NCBI GenBank assembly: GCA_003427395.1
Contig: BFEA01000012.1
Location: 1,211,986-1,275,985, forward strand
Direction: 5' to 3'
From: Chara braunii
Taxonomy: Eukaryota; Plantae; Charophyceae
Length of the DNA: 64,000 nt
Made by a program: the position numbers and the translations under genes
The notes under the pieces: model-generated
What the model was told of the DNA's origin: nothing
Database searches by the model: none
Seen by the model: the letters and a program-made list of their open reading frames with translations, nothing else
Shown here: in pieces, positions 1 through 11,470 of the stretch
Position numbering within the stretch: position 1 is the first letter of the stretch
How the letters are laid out: each line of letters opens with the position of its first letter

Positions 1-582
1 CCCCGACAGGGCAGCCACCTCCCACCTTGCAGCGCCCCTGTTAAGTAAGGCCCCCCAATACCAACCCCCACCCTTCCCCCAAAAATCCGAACCGTGACCA
101 CAAAAGCCCTATCCCGACTGAAGCACACCCATCGGATGAAGCGGCCAATTAACCTGGAAAAAAATCTCATGGGACAGTGTATAGTTGAGTAAAATTTTGT
201 GATGGAAATCCCAGGATGGAAACACTCAAGAGAGTGAACATGAAAAAGGGAAATCATGATGAAAGTGTCGGAAAAGAAAATATAAATTGCTGACGAGAAC
301 AGTACCCTAAAACAAAGGGTTATTAGGCGACTCTAGCGCCCTAACGCCGACCGACCGACGAGGCCCGACTGCACCCGGCTTGACCAGCGTGTTGGAGAGG
401 TAAGCCCCCTCCAGGCCGCTGGGCCTGTGCACGCGCCCAACACGTGGCCGTGGCTTTCAGCTTGCCACGTGCCACCTGTCTTTTGGTGGCGTGGACGCCC
501 CGCGACGCGTGAACAGGGGAAGCGCCAGCCGTGATTGATTGAAGGTTACTGCACAATAGCGGCGCAGCTCTTTGAGCGAGCC

Positions 583-1138
583 ATGGCTACCATGGAGGAG
601 ATTTTGGAGAGCGAGCTACACCTTGGAGCGAACGAATGGCTGATTACCTTGGAGAACGGACGCAGATGGCTACAGGAGATTGTGAGGGACATGTCTTTGC
701 GGCTGCAAGTGGAGCCAGAGGTCGGAGGGGGTGCGATTTCTCTGGCTGGTTGGTTGAAGGATAAAAGTGAGGACATGTTGGAGATCATCTGGGAGCTGGA
801 GGAGGGGCCAGATCCTCGGCTTAACGTCTGCATCGATTGGAGGAGGGCAGATGGCATCATGTCTGTCTGCAAAACCCTCTTCAATGAGGGTCGCGATCTG
901 TGTGCTCGTCTGGAAGACCGGTTGGAGGGCAATATTGATGGTGAGGAGGCGCACGTAGCAACAGAGGTAACAACGTTAACATCAACAACAACAACACCAA
1001 CAACACCAACAAACAACAACGACATCAACATCGACACCGGTGATATTGGAGGCCGCGAAGACAACGAGGGTCACAACGCCAATACCGATCATATCAGCGA
1101 CATCATCTATTGCGGCGCCTGCAGTGTTGGAGGCGGCT

Positions 1139-1140
<2 letters not shown>
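583..1140 (+). CDS. Unknown acidic, predicted alpha-helical protein with T/N/D-rich tail; cargo of a putative non-autonomous retroposon
   Basis: Open frame 535-1140; first ATG at 583 in GCCATGG context. A diverged homologue lies at about 34800-35420 (-), sharing W.I.L, P.V..G, W..D, DP.L...DWR.A and C..LF.EG.D. Confidence 0.55.
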
Positions 1141-1172
<32 letters not shown>

Positions 1173-1267
1173 ACAACAACAACAATAACAACAATAACGA
1201 CAATAACAACGACAACAACAATAACACCAACGACAACAACAACGGTGATAGTAACAACAACAACAAC
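1139..1267 (+). repeat. (AAC)n microsatellite
   Basis: Imperfect AAC/AAT/GAC run, directly visible. Confidence 0.95.
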
Positions 1268-1495
1268 GGCTTCTGCGTGGTGTCTCTCCCTGTTGATCTG
1301 CGTTTCTTCGCTTCACAGCGGGTGGGAGTGGGATAAACGACGACCCTCCACTGATTGGGATTGCCCGGCCTTCAATCCCCAATCATGATGACGTGTAGGG
1401 GTAGGTTGTTTAGGGCATCGTGCATGGGCGCCTTTTGGCTGTTGGGGTGCTTGATGGAGATGGTCTTACTTAGGGTTTTGGTCATGTGCGCAGGA

Positions 1496-1737
1496 GGTCA
1501 ATCCTTCCCTTCTCCGGGGAAGTAATCAATGCCTTCTGCTCTATGGGGAGATAAACAAACTTAAAGTACACCCTCACATACCATCGGATGCGTAGTATGG
1601 CATCCTTTCACATCATTGTACAAGGGACGCTGGACCCGATTTCCAGCTGACACACACAAAAAAAAAAAAAAGAAAAAAAAAAGAGGAAAATAAGAAAATA
1701 AGAAAATAAGAAAATAAGAAAATAAGAAAAGAAAAAG
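1496..1737 (+). mobile_element. LINE-type 3' cassette (motif A, first hairpin of motif B, A-rich tail) ending the ORF-carrying element
   Basis: GGTCAATCC..GTAATCAATGCC at 1496-1533; GGGACGCTGGACCCGATTTCCAGC at 1624-1647; A-rich tail from 1658. Confidence 0.7.
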
Positions 1738-2039
1738 GAGCAGCCTTCAGGGGCTGGGTCCCGCCTATTGAGGACACGCTCACACTGCGGTAGCAAATCT
1801 GTATAAATTGCGAAAATGGGTTGGGCCGAATTGGGGTATTTGGGACGTTTCAGGTCACACTGCGTTCACACCGCGTTCCCATTTCGTTAAAGACACGGTC
1901 GCTACCGTGCCATCAGGGTGCTGCTGTTTGGGGTTTCCAGTCACACAGAAGTAACCCCAAATATAGAACGTACATATTCCCTTTTCAACTTTGCATTCAT
2001 TTACGAAAATTAAATAAAAATAGAGTTGGGCCATCCCTA

Positions 2040-3120
2040 GAGGGTCAGGATAACGGGACTCCCATCATGTTACATCCACGCAATCAGCCAGGAACGACCT
2101 GGCGAATGATTCCTTCTGGCCCAACCTCCTCAAAACTTGGAGAAGCCTCCCCCTCCCAGACAAAATACCACCAGAAAGATGGGAGGAGGTGATGCGACAA
2201 CCTTTTTTCGGCAACAGGTGGATAAACAGACACGAATGACCAAACACTCCACTGCATGGAGTCGCCATGGTAGGGCTGGGTCAGGAAAGGGGTCATAAGG
2301 ATACAGGATATTTCAGACTCAGAAAAGAAGGATTGGATTGAGCCGAACCTTTTGCGGGAACAGCTCCGGTACTGCCACCACCCCCAAGAGGCCCTGGGAA
2401 AAGTAACGGAAATGGTCCCTATAGATTGGTTGAGAACCCTGCGCAAGGGCCCTGCCCTACAGAAAGATGACTGGGTGGCATGCCCGACAAGCATAGGGGG
2501 TGTGGGCAGGGTTAGCTCCATACATCCGGATGGTTCCGCAACGGTGGACCACTTCCATGTAAAGAAAGGAAACACCCTTTACAAAAACACTGACGAGATG
2601 TCATCGGTACATCCAAGGACTGAACTTTTCCGTATTAGGGTGCTCCAGAAGAACCGACAATGGATAGCTCTTAGGCCATCCTCCCCGATCCAGCACCTAC
2701 CCCTGGATCCGTTGGAGTGGTCATGGACATCCCAAAGACGGAGGGGCAAGGACTACACAAAAACACTCTACGGACTAACAGTAAAGTCAACATATATTCC
2801 TTTGAGTTGGTATGGTGTGGATTAGCTAGGTTTTTCTTGAACCTAGGAATAGTTTCTGGTGCTAATGAAGAAAGATAATATCTGGCGCCCCTAGAAGGGT
2901 TTTTTCTTGAACCTAGGAATAGTTTCTGGTGCTAGGGTAGAAAGACAATATCTGGCGCCCCTAGAAGGGGGGTGAAGAGGTACCAACTTTTTCCTATTTA
3001 TTCTGTTAAAGGGACGCTGGACCCGGTTTCCAGCAGGTGCAGCTCCCCACCAATAGAATGGAGCCATACTAGGAGCCTATCATCAGGGGATGCTCGTATC
3101 ACCTCTGATGGCAGGCGCCA

Positions 3121-3156
<36 letters not shown>

Positions 3157-4485
3157 CATATAGGCTGCTCAGACCAAAAAATAACCTTGCAGATCAAGTG
3201 AAAGACCTATGGGGTGCTCACCTAAACATCAGTGAGGCGGCATTAAGACCCATTAAATGGTTCCAGTTGGCTAAGGAAAAACCGGCTAAGATCGCATCAC
3301 GTCACTGGCAGATATAACACCGCTGCCTGTCAACCAATGACTGGCTAAGTGATAGAACAACACTGGAGTAACGGGGAATGGCCCTACCTGGTGCAAACTA
3401 TGCACAAACGCCTTCCCGGCTCGAAAGCACCCATAAACAACAGAGCATATATTCTTAAAATGCCCAGGAGCACTGTGGATGTGGAGGTGGTGGGACAGAA
3501 TTTGGAGTCATCTGGGCACGGACACACCTTGGCCCTGGAAGTGGAAGGCATTGTTTTGCGAGACCTGGCCCGGGAGACTGACAGAGCACCGCAAGGAATT
3601 CACGTCCAATTTGTTCATATTGGGAAGAAGAGCGGTCTTCAAGGCACTGTGGAAACGGCGCTGCACATTTGAAATGGAAGGGGCGAGGCTAGAAGGCCCA
3701 GAGTTTACTGAGAGCGTGGTACTGCAGATTCAAACGGAAATAACAGCCAAATGGGAGGCAGTCAAAACTAAGATTAGATCATTGCAAAACCAAAAAGACA
3801 TCAAGCAGAAAATACAAGAATTCAGTTCAAACTGGCTGGGAGGCCCCGATGGAGGAAGAATTGGGAAGGTAGAATGGATGGGAGAGGCAAAGGAGTCAGG
3901 CGAGGGCCAACAGGGAGCAGCGATAGAGAGGGATTACCGACTGCTGTTCAACGACTGGGCTAAGCTTGATGCAGAGATCCCCCTCAGACCCCCCGAGCAA
4001 TTCCCCGACCCCTTCCCCCCCCAATCCAACTGCCTGGTAGGGATGCAGTGGTACGGAATGTAGAGGAGGGCACTCGGGCCTCCCAGCCATAATGGGGAGG
4101 AGCATGGACGTGTCTCACAGTCGGTTAGCAATATTGTCTGCGAGGCTGGTTCTGCTTTGCTTTCTCAGTTTTTAAGAAGCATAGCTAAAGGAAGGTGGGG
4201 GGAGGGGGAGCTAGGGTACAACAGTAGGCATTTGGCGCTGGGATTTCGGTGAAGAGGCTCCCCCTTTCCGTCCCTCCTGCTCAGTCAATCCCCTGGGCTC
4301 CAGGGCAATCAATGCTGGCGGGAGTCTCTCCCTACGGCACTGTAATTCTGTTCGATGTTCAAGTTTCATGGGACGCTGGACCCGGTTTCCAGCAGGTGAT
4401 GCTCCCCACCAATAGATGGAGCCTCTCCCCGGGTGGTAGTGATGTCTGTTTTCATCAGCAACACTATCACTGGCGGGGGGGTGTT

Positions 4486-4520
<35 letters not shown>
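2040..4520 (+). pseudogene. 5'-truncated L1/Tx1-type LINE: ORF2 C-terminal half, 3' UTR and poly(A)
   Basis: Peptides RQPFFGN, LRKGPALQKDDWV, HWQI*HRCL.TNDW (zf-RVT region), MWRWW, FPDPFPP..WYG*. These are homologous to the region downstream of RT at 10080-11470. Poly(A) at 4491-4520. Confidence 0.85.
2797..3149 (+). mobile_element. Short 5'-truncated LINE tail inserted in the LINE, 13-bp TSD, ending in poly(T)
   Basis: AAGTCAACATATA at 2784-2796 and 3150-3162. Begins with last ORF2-like codons (PLSWYGVD*), has an internal ~70-bp tandem duplication, and motif B at 3011-3121. Confidence 0.8.
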
Positions 4521-4521
<1 letters not shown>

Positions 4522-5129
4522 GAAAATCAAATAAAAAAAGAATAAGGATTTTGCGGTAACCTCTGGAGGTTACCACAAATTCCTCAAACCCGCGGCCAGG
4601 CAGGCCGCTGACAAATGGGTTTGCGAATGGGGTGTTTGGGGTCGGAACCATTGTGTGTGACCAGCCGTGTGCACATTTTTTTGGGAGTTTTACGGTTTAG
4701 GTACCCAGTGTGAGCGTGCCCTGAGTTTGCTTGATGGTGCAACATGTTTTGGGAGGCGGAGGGAGGACAGATGCCTGACGCCAACTGACAGTAATGGCGT
4801 GGTTAGGCAGTGGACGGCGTTACGCTGCCTCGGCTCGGTTTGGCCTTTGCTTGCCTTCACTTGTTGAACGAACTACCCCACTTCTACAGCCAGCCCCATT
4901 TTCCAAAGTTTTTGAGGAGCAAGCAAAGCAACGAGGATGCCATTTCTGTTCAGTTTTTTTTTTTTTTTTCCCTTCTTCCTAGTTTAGGTTTTATTATCTT
5001 CTTTTGGAAATCGTACCCAAATTTCTCGGCCATGCGAACAAAAATGAATCTACGAGTCCTGGTTGTCACTGTATGCTGCAAATACTTGGAAACTCAACAG
5101 CGGCCAGCTCAACGAAGGCTACGGGTAGT

Positions 5130-5305
5130 GGGACCCAGGCCCAGTAGAGATCCTCGCCTGCGGGATGGCTCTTATTTATCAGTGGGGAGCTGCGCCGATG
5201 AAAATGGGGTTCAGCGTCCCAGTTCACACGACAGAAGCCAGAGTCAAATATGAGCTATGGGCATTGGGCAGCATTGATTGCCCTCTGCTTTTGATGATTC
5301 CAGGT
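5130..5305 (-). mobile_element. Degenerate LINE 3' cassette (subfamily also at about 39960-40135)
   Basis: Variant of motif B ending at 5220, followed by a motif A-like GCAGCATTGATTGCCC; co-linear with 39960-40135. Confidence 0.6.
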
Positions 5306-5399
5306 GTGCACAGTGCCAACTTCAAAATTCTGCCCTGCTATCAAAATTTGTGGACGCAGAGCCTTTTTTTTTTCTCCAAAGCAAGGGCCCCTTCTGTTC

Positions 5400-5810
5400 T
5401 GGGGGGTGTCAGTCCAGTTGCTTATCACCGGCAAGCAAAATTCTACGCGTTGGGCACCTGTGGGACCATGAGAGGAAGGACTGGAAAACGGTAACCCAGC
5501 TTCAAGGCACCCTCCACTATTGTCATCAAACAGAGAGGCACCTGGAAGCAATCATTGAAGTAATCCCTCTTGCCTGGTATAGAATGCTCAAACACAGCCT
5601 CACCTTGAAGGAAGGGGACTGGGTCGCTATATAAGGAGACAGGGCACGGATAGGCCAGATCCATATGGTGCAAATGTCAGACGTGCTGGTGGAATATTAC
5701 GCCATTGGGCGAAGGGGAAAGCTTCTTGGTTCCCGCAACCCCTTTAAGTGGCGGGAAAAAACCGAGGTGTTCCGAGTGCGAGTGCTACAGGAGGGACAAT
5801 TAGCTAGAGT
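5400..5810 (+). pseudogene. LINE ORF2 internal fragment (post-RT, SH3-like module)
   Basis: VIPLAWYRMLKHSLTLKEGDWVAI*..RIGQIHMV..VLVEYY..FRVRVLQE, homologous to 2410-2650, 10318-10572 and 37970-38220. Confidence 0.75.
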
Positions 5811-6239
5811 TTGGAAGCAATGGGGACAAAGATTAGTAGGGTGAATCACAGCGACCATTTCTACCTCTTCTCCAGGCATCATCGCACCGACACTTGGCAA
5901 CAGCATAGCGCAGGGTTCCATAAGAGATTTCCACAAAAAATATGAACACTCTGAGCCAAAAAAGAAGCAGATCAAGGAACCAGGTTAACAAAGTCAGCCA
6001 CTCCATATTGCACAATGATGAAATCAGATAAAATATGACAGGACCGACTCAGACGAGAAAGAGAGAGGGAGAAAGAACTAGAAAGGAAAGGAAGAAGAAC
6101 AACTGCATAATTCATCAAGCACCCCTGACGCGTCGATCGGGCCACTGATCCCATGAGGACGAACTGGTCTGTCCACCTTGTATCGGCTCCTGGGACGGGG
6201 ACAATTCCTCCCAGTTGCCATCCATCTGTTTGCCACTCG

Positions 6240-6395
6240 CCAGTTGATATCCACTTCTGGCGTAGTTAATTGGTAGCCTAATTTGGTGGAGTACTGGTAC
6301 ACCGGCACAATCTGGTGTCTCAGATTGTGCCGGTATACCAGTACTCCACCAAATTAGGCTACCAATTAACTACGCCAGAAGTGGATATCAACTGG
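6240..6395. repeat. 75-bp inverted repeat abutting an N-gap (probable fold-back read artefact)
   Basis: 6240-6314 is the reverse complement of 6321-6395 with one mismatch and a 6-nt spacer; it ends at the gap. Confidence 0.75.
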
Positions 6396-7220
6396 NNNNN
6401 NNNNNNNNNNNNNNNNNNNNNNNNNNNNNNNNNNNNNNNNNNNNNNNNNNNNNNNNNNNNNNNNNNNNNNNNNNNNNNNNNNNNNNNNNNNNNNNNNNNN
6501 NNNNNNNNNNNNNNNNNNNNNNNNNNNNNNNNNNNNNNNNNNNNNNNNNNNNNNNNNNNNNNNNNNNNNNNNNNNNNNNNNNNNNNNNNNNNNNNNNNNN
6601 NNNNNNNNNNNNNNNNNNNNNNNNNNNNNNNNNNNNNNNNNNNNNNNNNNNNNNNNNNNNNNNNNNNNNNNNNNNNNNNNNNNNNNNNNNNNNNNNNNNN
6701 NNNNNNNNNNNNNNNNNNNNNNNNNNNNNNNNNNNNNNNNNNNNNNNNNNNNNNNNNNNNNNNNNNNNNNNNNNNNNNNNNNNNNNNNNNNNNNNNNNNN
6801 NNNNNNNNNNNNNNNNNNNNNNNNNNNNNNNNNNNNNNNNNNNNNNNNNNNNNNNNNNNNNNNNNNNNNNNNNNNNNNNNNNNNNNNNNNNNNNNNNNNN
6901 NNNNNNNNNNNNNNNNNNNNNNNNNNNNNNNNNNNNNNNNNNNNNNNNNNNNNNNNNNNNNNNNNNNNNNNNNNNNNNNNNNNNNNNNNNNNNNNNNNNN
7001 NNNNNNNNNNNNNNNNNNNNNNNNNNNNNNNNNNNNNNNNNNNNNNNNNNNNNNNNNNNNNNNNNNNNNNNNNNNNNNNNNNNNNNNNNNNNNNNNNNNN
7101 NNNNNNNNNNNNNNNNNNNNNNNNNNNNNNNNNNNNNNNNNNNNNNNNNNNNNNNNNNNNNNNNNNNNNNNNNNNNNNNNNNNNNNNNNNNNNNNNNNNN
7201 NNNNNNNNNNNNNNNNNNNN
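6396..7220. other. Assembly gap
   Basis: Run of N. Confidence 1.
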
Positions 7221-7985
7221 AAACAGATCCCTCTAGTGCTAGCGATGCTGATAAGAGCAGCCACCGCTAGCACCTGGGGGTAGGCTCCATCTATTCGTGG
7301 GGAGCATCACCTGCTGGAAAATGGGTCCAGCGTCCCTTACAAGTTTGATACAAATGGAACTCATCATAACACTTCTGAAAACCTAGGAGGAACCTGCCAG
7401 CAGCATTGATTACCCTGGAGACCAGGGGATTGACTGAGCAGGATTGACTGGTTGAGCAGGTAAGGCTGATGTGTCTCGCTTTTTGCAACAAAAGTTGGAA
7501 TGTATACTAATGTTGGACCACTACGAAAGCCAAGGGCAGGAGCCTCTTCACCTTGTGCCCGGTGCCAGATCTCTGCTATTGTTTACAAGCTCCGTTGCCC
7601 CTCTGTCCAATAGTAACTGCCTGTGCCGCCGCTTTTCCCATGCACCACAGACCCTACCCCGCCGTGTCTGTCTATCATTCATCCTCCATACCACTGCATT
7701 TCTACCAGGCAGTTAGAGGGGGAGGGGGGAAAGTCTGGGAATTCGTCAGAAGGCTTTAGGGGGATGATCGCATCCACACTAGTCAAGTCTTTGAACCTAA
7801 GGCAGTGGTCTTTTACTATCACTCTGCTTTCTTGGACCGGCCCCGATTCAGGGGGTTCCCCTTTCCATTCAACCTTCCCTATCCTCCCCCCCTCAGGTCC
7901 CACGAGCCAACATGAGCTGAATTCCTGGATTTTACTCTGAATGTCTTCTTTTCTGTCGAGGAGTCTGGTTCGAGTTTTTACCTTC
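7221..7985 (-). mobile_element. LINE 3' end (ORF2 C-terminus and 3' cassette)
   Basis: GPEGGRIGKVEW..FPDFPPSPSNCLVEMQWYGG*, a close homologue of 3840-4063. Motif A at 7401-7436, motif B at 7221-7336. Confidence 0.85.
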
Positions 7986-8007
7986 GAAGAAAAGTTACTC
8001 CGATAGA

Positions 8008-11000
8008 GTGAAAAAATACTCTATTAAAAGAGCGAGGGAACGAAAAGCAGTCATTGAGGACCTTCTCGGTACCTTGGAAAAATGGGACGACAGCTTGTCT
8101 TCGGCCCCCTTAGACAACCACACATATGACAACTTGCAGCACGCGAGAGACAACCTCCAAGAATACCTCGAGGCCCAAGCGGAGACATGGAGAATCCAGG
8201 CCAGCATCAAGCGTGTCCACACAGACGGGACCATGGCAAAAACCTTCTTCCAAAAGGTTAGGACGAGAGCGAGACAAACCTCCATAAGTTCGCTCAAACA
8301 TCCTCTGGAGGCCGACCAACCGGCAGCCACCAACCCGTATGCTGTCACCGATTACGCTGCCAAATATTATCAAGACCTGTTCACATCCAAACTGGCCCGC
8401 TGACCTGCAAATACTGTGACGGAGGTGCGGTCACAAATGCTGCAATCTATGGAAGCCGTCTTGACCCCTGACCACCGCTCTGCACTGGAACGTCCGTTAG
8501 CCCGAGAGGAGATCTTCGCAGCCCTCCAACAAATGGATGACGAAAAAACGCCAGGGTTGGACTCGTTCCCGGAAGAGTTTTGGCTTGCGTTTTGGGATCT
8601 GATGGGGTCAGACATTATGGATTATATATCAACAGTCCTGACTGAGGGGACATTTGGGGGCCTCCTGAACCAGGGTGTGACCACCCTCCTATATAAAAAA
8701 GGATCGAAGGATGAGGTCTGGAACTATAGACCCATAACACTCCTGCCTGTCCCCTACAAACTCGTGGCAAAGGCACTCACTAACCACATGCTTCCTCATA
8801 TGTCCCACCTCATTCACCCTGATCAGTCTGGGTTCATACCAGAAAGGAATATACAAGATAATATTCTATTGGTGAACAAGACCATTAAATACGCGAGGCA
8901 GAAAGGAAAGGAAGCGGCGGTCCTTTTCATAGACTTCGAGAAGGCCTATGATCACGTTGATTGGGTCTTCCTGGACCACTGCATGGTAAGGATGAACTTC
9001 GGCCCTCTCTTCAGGAAATGGGTGGACACCCTCCACAGAACTGCAACGACTAACATAATGGTTAATGACCATCTGTCCAACCCGTTCCCACTCCATAGGT
9101 CGGCCAGACAAGGCGACCCCATCGCCCCGCTGCTCTTCGTCATAGTGATGGAAGCCCTGGCCACAGCTATTAGAGCAAACCCAAATATAGAAAAAATCGA
9201 GGTGCCGGAAATTCCACACTGCTGCATTCTAGTCACATCACTCTTTGTTGACGATCTTACAGTGCTCACTAAAGCCAACCGCTCCTCGATGCAAGCGCTG
9301 GTCACCACCATACATACCTTTTCGATCGCATCGGATATGGTGGTGAACTGACGCTCCAAAACCGAAGGGTGGTGGCTCCACCCCCAAGATCTCCCCCCCC
9401 CCCTGGACCCGGCGATAGCTTGGAAACCTCGGGACCAAGCCATACGGGTGCTCGGTGTCCGTCTTACTGCGCTGGGTCCCCCGCCAGACCATGGGGCCTC
9501 CCTGGTGGATGAAGCACTGAGAAGAATGGCCAGGTGGAAAGGACTGCACACTTCAATTGTCGGCAGAGCGCTTGGACTCAATACCGCTATCTTTTCTGCA
9601 ATGTGGTACAAAGCCGCATGTTGGCCGATCCCGCCTAAGCAGATCCAGAGGCTGAGGAAGGCGGCGACAGCCTATGTGTGGAAAAACGACCATGAGGACC
9701 CCACATTCCTCTCTAGAGTGGCATGGGACAGCATCGCCCAGCCCAGGTCAAAAGGGGGTCTGGCAATCTTGGAACCTCGGGATCAGCTCAAAGCCCTTGC
9801 TTTCAAAACAATCACCAGGTTGTTGATGGGAAATGATGTCCCGTGGGCCCCTTATGCCCACATTCAGATTGCCAACCTTGCCCCCTCTTCGCCGCCGGGC
9901 AAGAGGGTCCACCCCCTGCAATGGCTCACCAACCCGGTATGGCCGCTTCCGGGGCCGTCCTCAACGACCCCTCCCCTTTCGGAACGGGCCCAAACAACAA
10001 ATGATTTAGCCAACGACCCGTTGTGGCCCAACATGATAAAACTGTGGCGTGAGATTGGCCCCCAATGCCTCCCTCCCCCCCTGAGATGGGACGACATAGT
10101 GCGACAACCGCTCTTCGGTAATCCGTTCATTTGCGACGCGGAGGGCGTGCCCTTCCAGCTATCAAGACGTGCTGGACACAATGGGTGGCCAAAGGTATAT
10201 TCACAGTGGGGGACATCTGGGACTTCCAAAAAGGGGTATGGAAAACGGCAGAGCAGCTGCACGGCCAATTGAGGTATGTTAGAGGAAGGGACGAGAACCT
10301 GGAAAAACTCCAGGAAGCCATCCCCCTCGCGTGGATCCGCCCATTGAAAAATGGACCGACGATCGAAAAAGGGGACTGGGTGGTCCGCTGGCCCAAAACC
10401 GAACTCCCGCTCTGGGTGGGCAAAGTGGTTAATCTAACGGGTTGCACTGCCCATGTCCACGCATACGAAATGTCGTCCCCAGGAGCCACGTGGTCCCAGT
10501 TGCGCAGATATCGGGATGGCGATGTCGATCTGAACTGGGCGTCTTTACTCAGAGTGAGGGTGTTGGAGGAGAATGACTGCTCCTACTTTGCCTACGGACC
10601 GGCATCCCCCATTTCGGCGCTCCCTTTTGACCCGCTGGAGTGGCAGTGGCACCACGATGGAACCACTAACCCGGTTAGACCGTGGGAGTACACGGTCAAA
10701 CAAGGGTACCGAATCACACATGAAAGACAGGCCACTGCATCAACGGTGCAGAAACGATGAGAGAAGGACTCCATATTGCCTCCGTCTGACCTGGCTGACT
10801 TCAGATGGGCCCCATACACACACATTATGCCCACATTGCACCGGGCCCTCCAATGGCAGATTCTGTACCGCTGTCTGCCTACCCCAGACTGGATCGTTTC
10901 GAGGACGAACCTAGAACAGAAAGGGCTCCTTTCCCCCATCTGCCGATACTGCGACTGGTTTTCCCTACCTTCTTGTGCCACACTCGAGCACTGCTTGCTG

Positions 11001-11470
11001 GGTTGCCCTATGGTCACCCCGCTTTGGAGATGGTGGGATGCGGCTTGGACGATTCTCACCGGTTCTAGCTTCCCATGGGCGCCAAAACTATTGCTCCTAG
11101 GGGTAGCAGCAGATCCCCAGCCCGGCTGGTCCTCTTATGAGGAAAGTTATTCCACATAGTGAGAATCGAACTGCTGATGCTAGCCTGGAGAGTCTGCTGC
11201 TCTTTCGAGAGAAACCAACACACTTTCACTGCCCCCCAAGCAAAGGAACAGCTGTCACACTACCTACAGGGGAGGGTCAAAGCCGAGTGGGACACGACCT
11301 ACCAACGGATTATGCAATTTAACGATGACATGCTCCTCACAACAGCGCAGAAGCGGCAAAAAGAAACGGAACTGACAAACCGCTTCACAGAAGAGTGGTT
11401 GGGTCCCAGAAGAATCATGGCTGATCTCCACGGCCTCCGACTGCAATGGAAGAATTGGAGGGCCGAATGA
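8008..11470 (+). pseudogene. LINE ORF2 reverse transcriptase, SH3-like module and zf-RVT (disrupted)
   Basis: KTPGLD, NYRPITLL, QSGF, IDFEKAYD, RQGDPIAPLLF, LFVDD, KGGLAI, WQILYRCLPT, C..C..EHCLLGC. Stops at 8401, 9349, 10758 and 11157; frameshift near 10170. Confidence 0.93.

Noticed and set aside
6240-6395. miRNA-like hairpin or MITE
   Set aside because: It ends exactly at an N-gap with a GTGTCTC spacer resembling adapter sequence; likely a chimeric read.
6315-7283. 322-aa and 304-aa ORFs
   Set aside because: Composed almost entirely of N.
7401-7436. SECIS element in motif A
   Set aside because: The helix is too short, there is no conserved apical AA, one GA varies to AA, and it is antisense to the ORFs. 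The PLE stops are TAG, not TGA.
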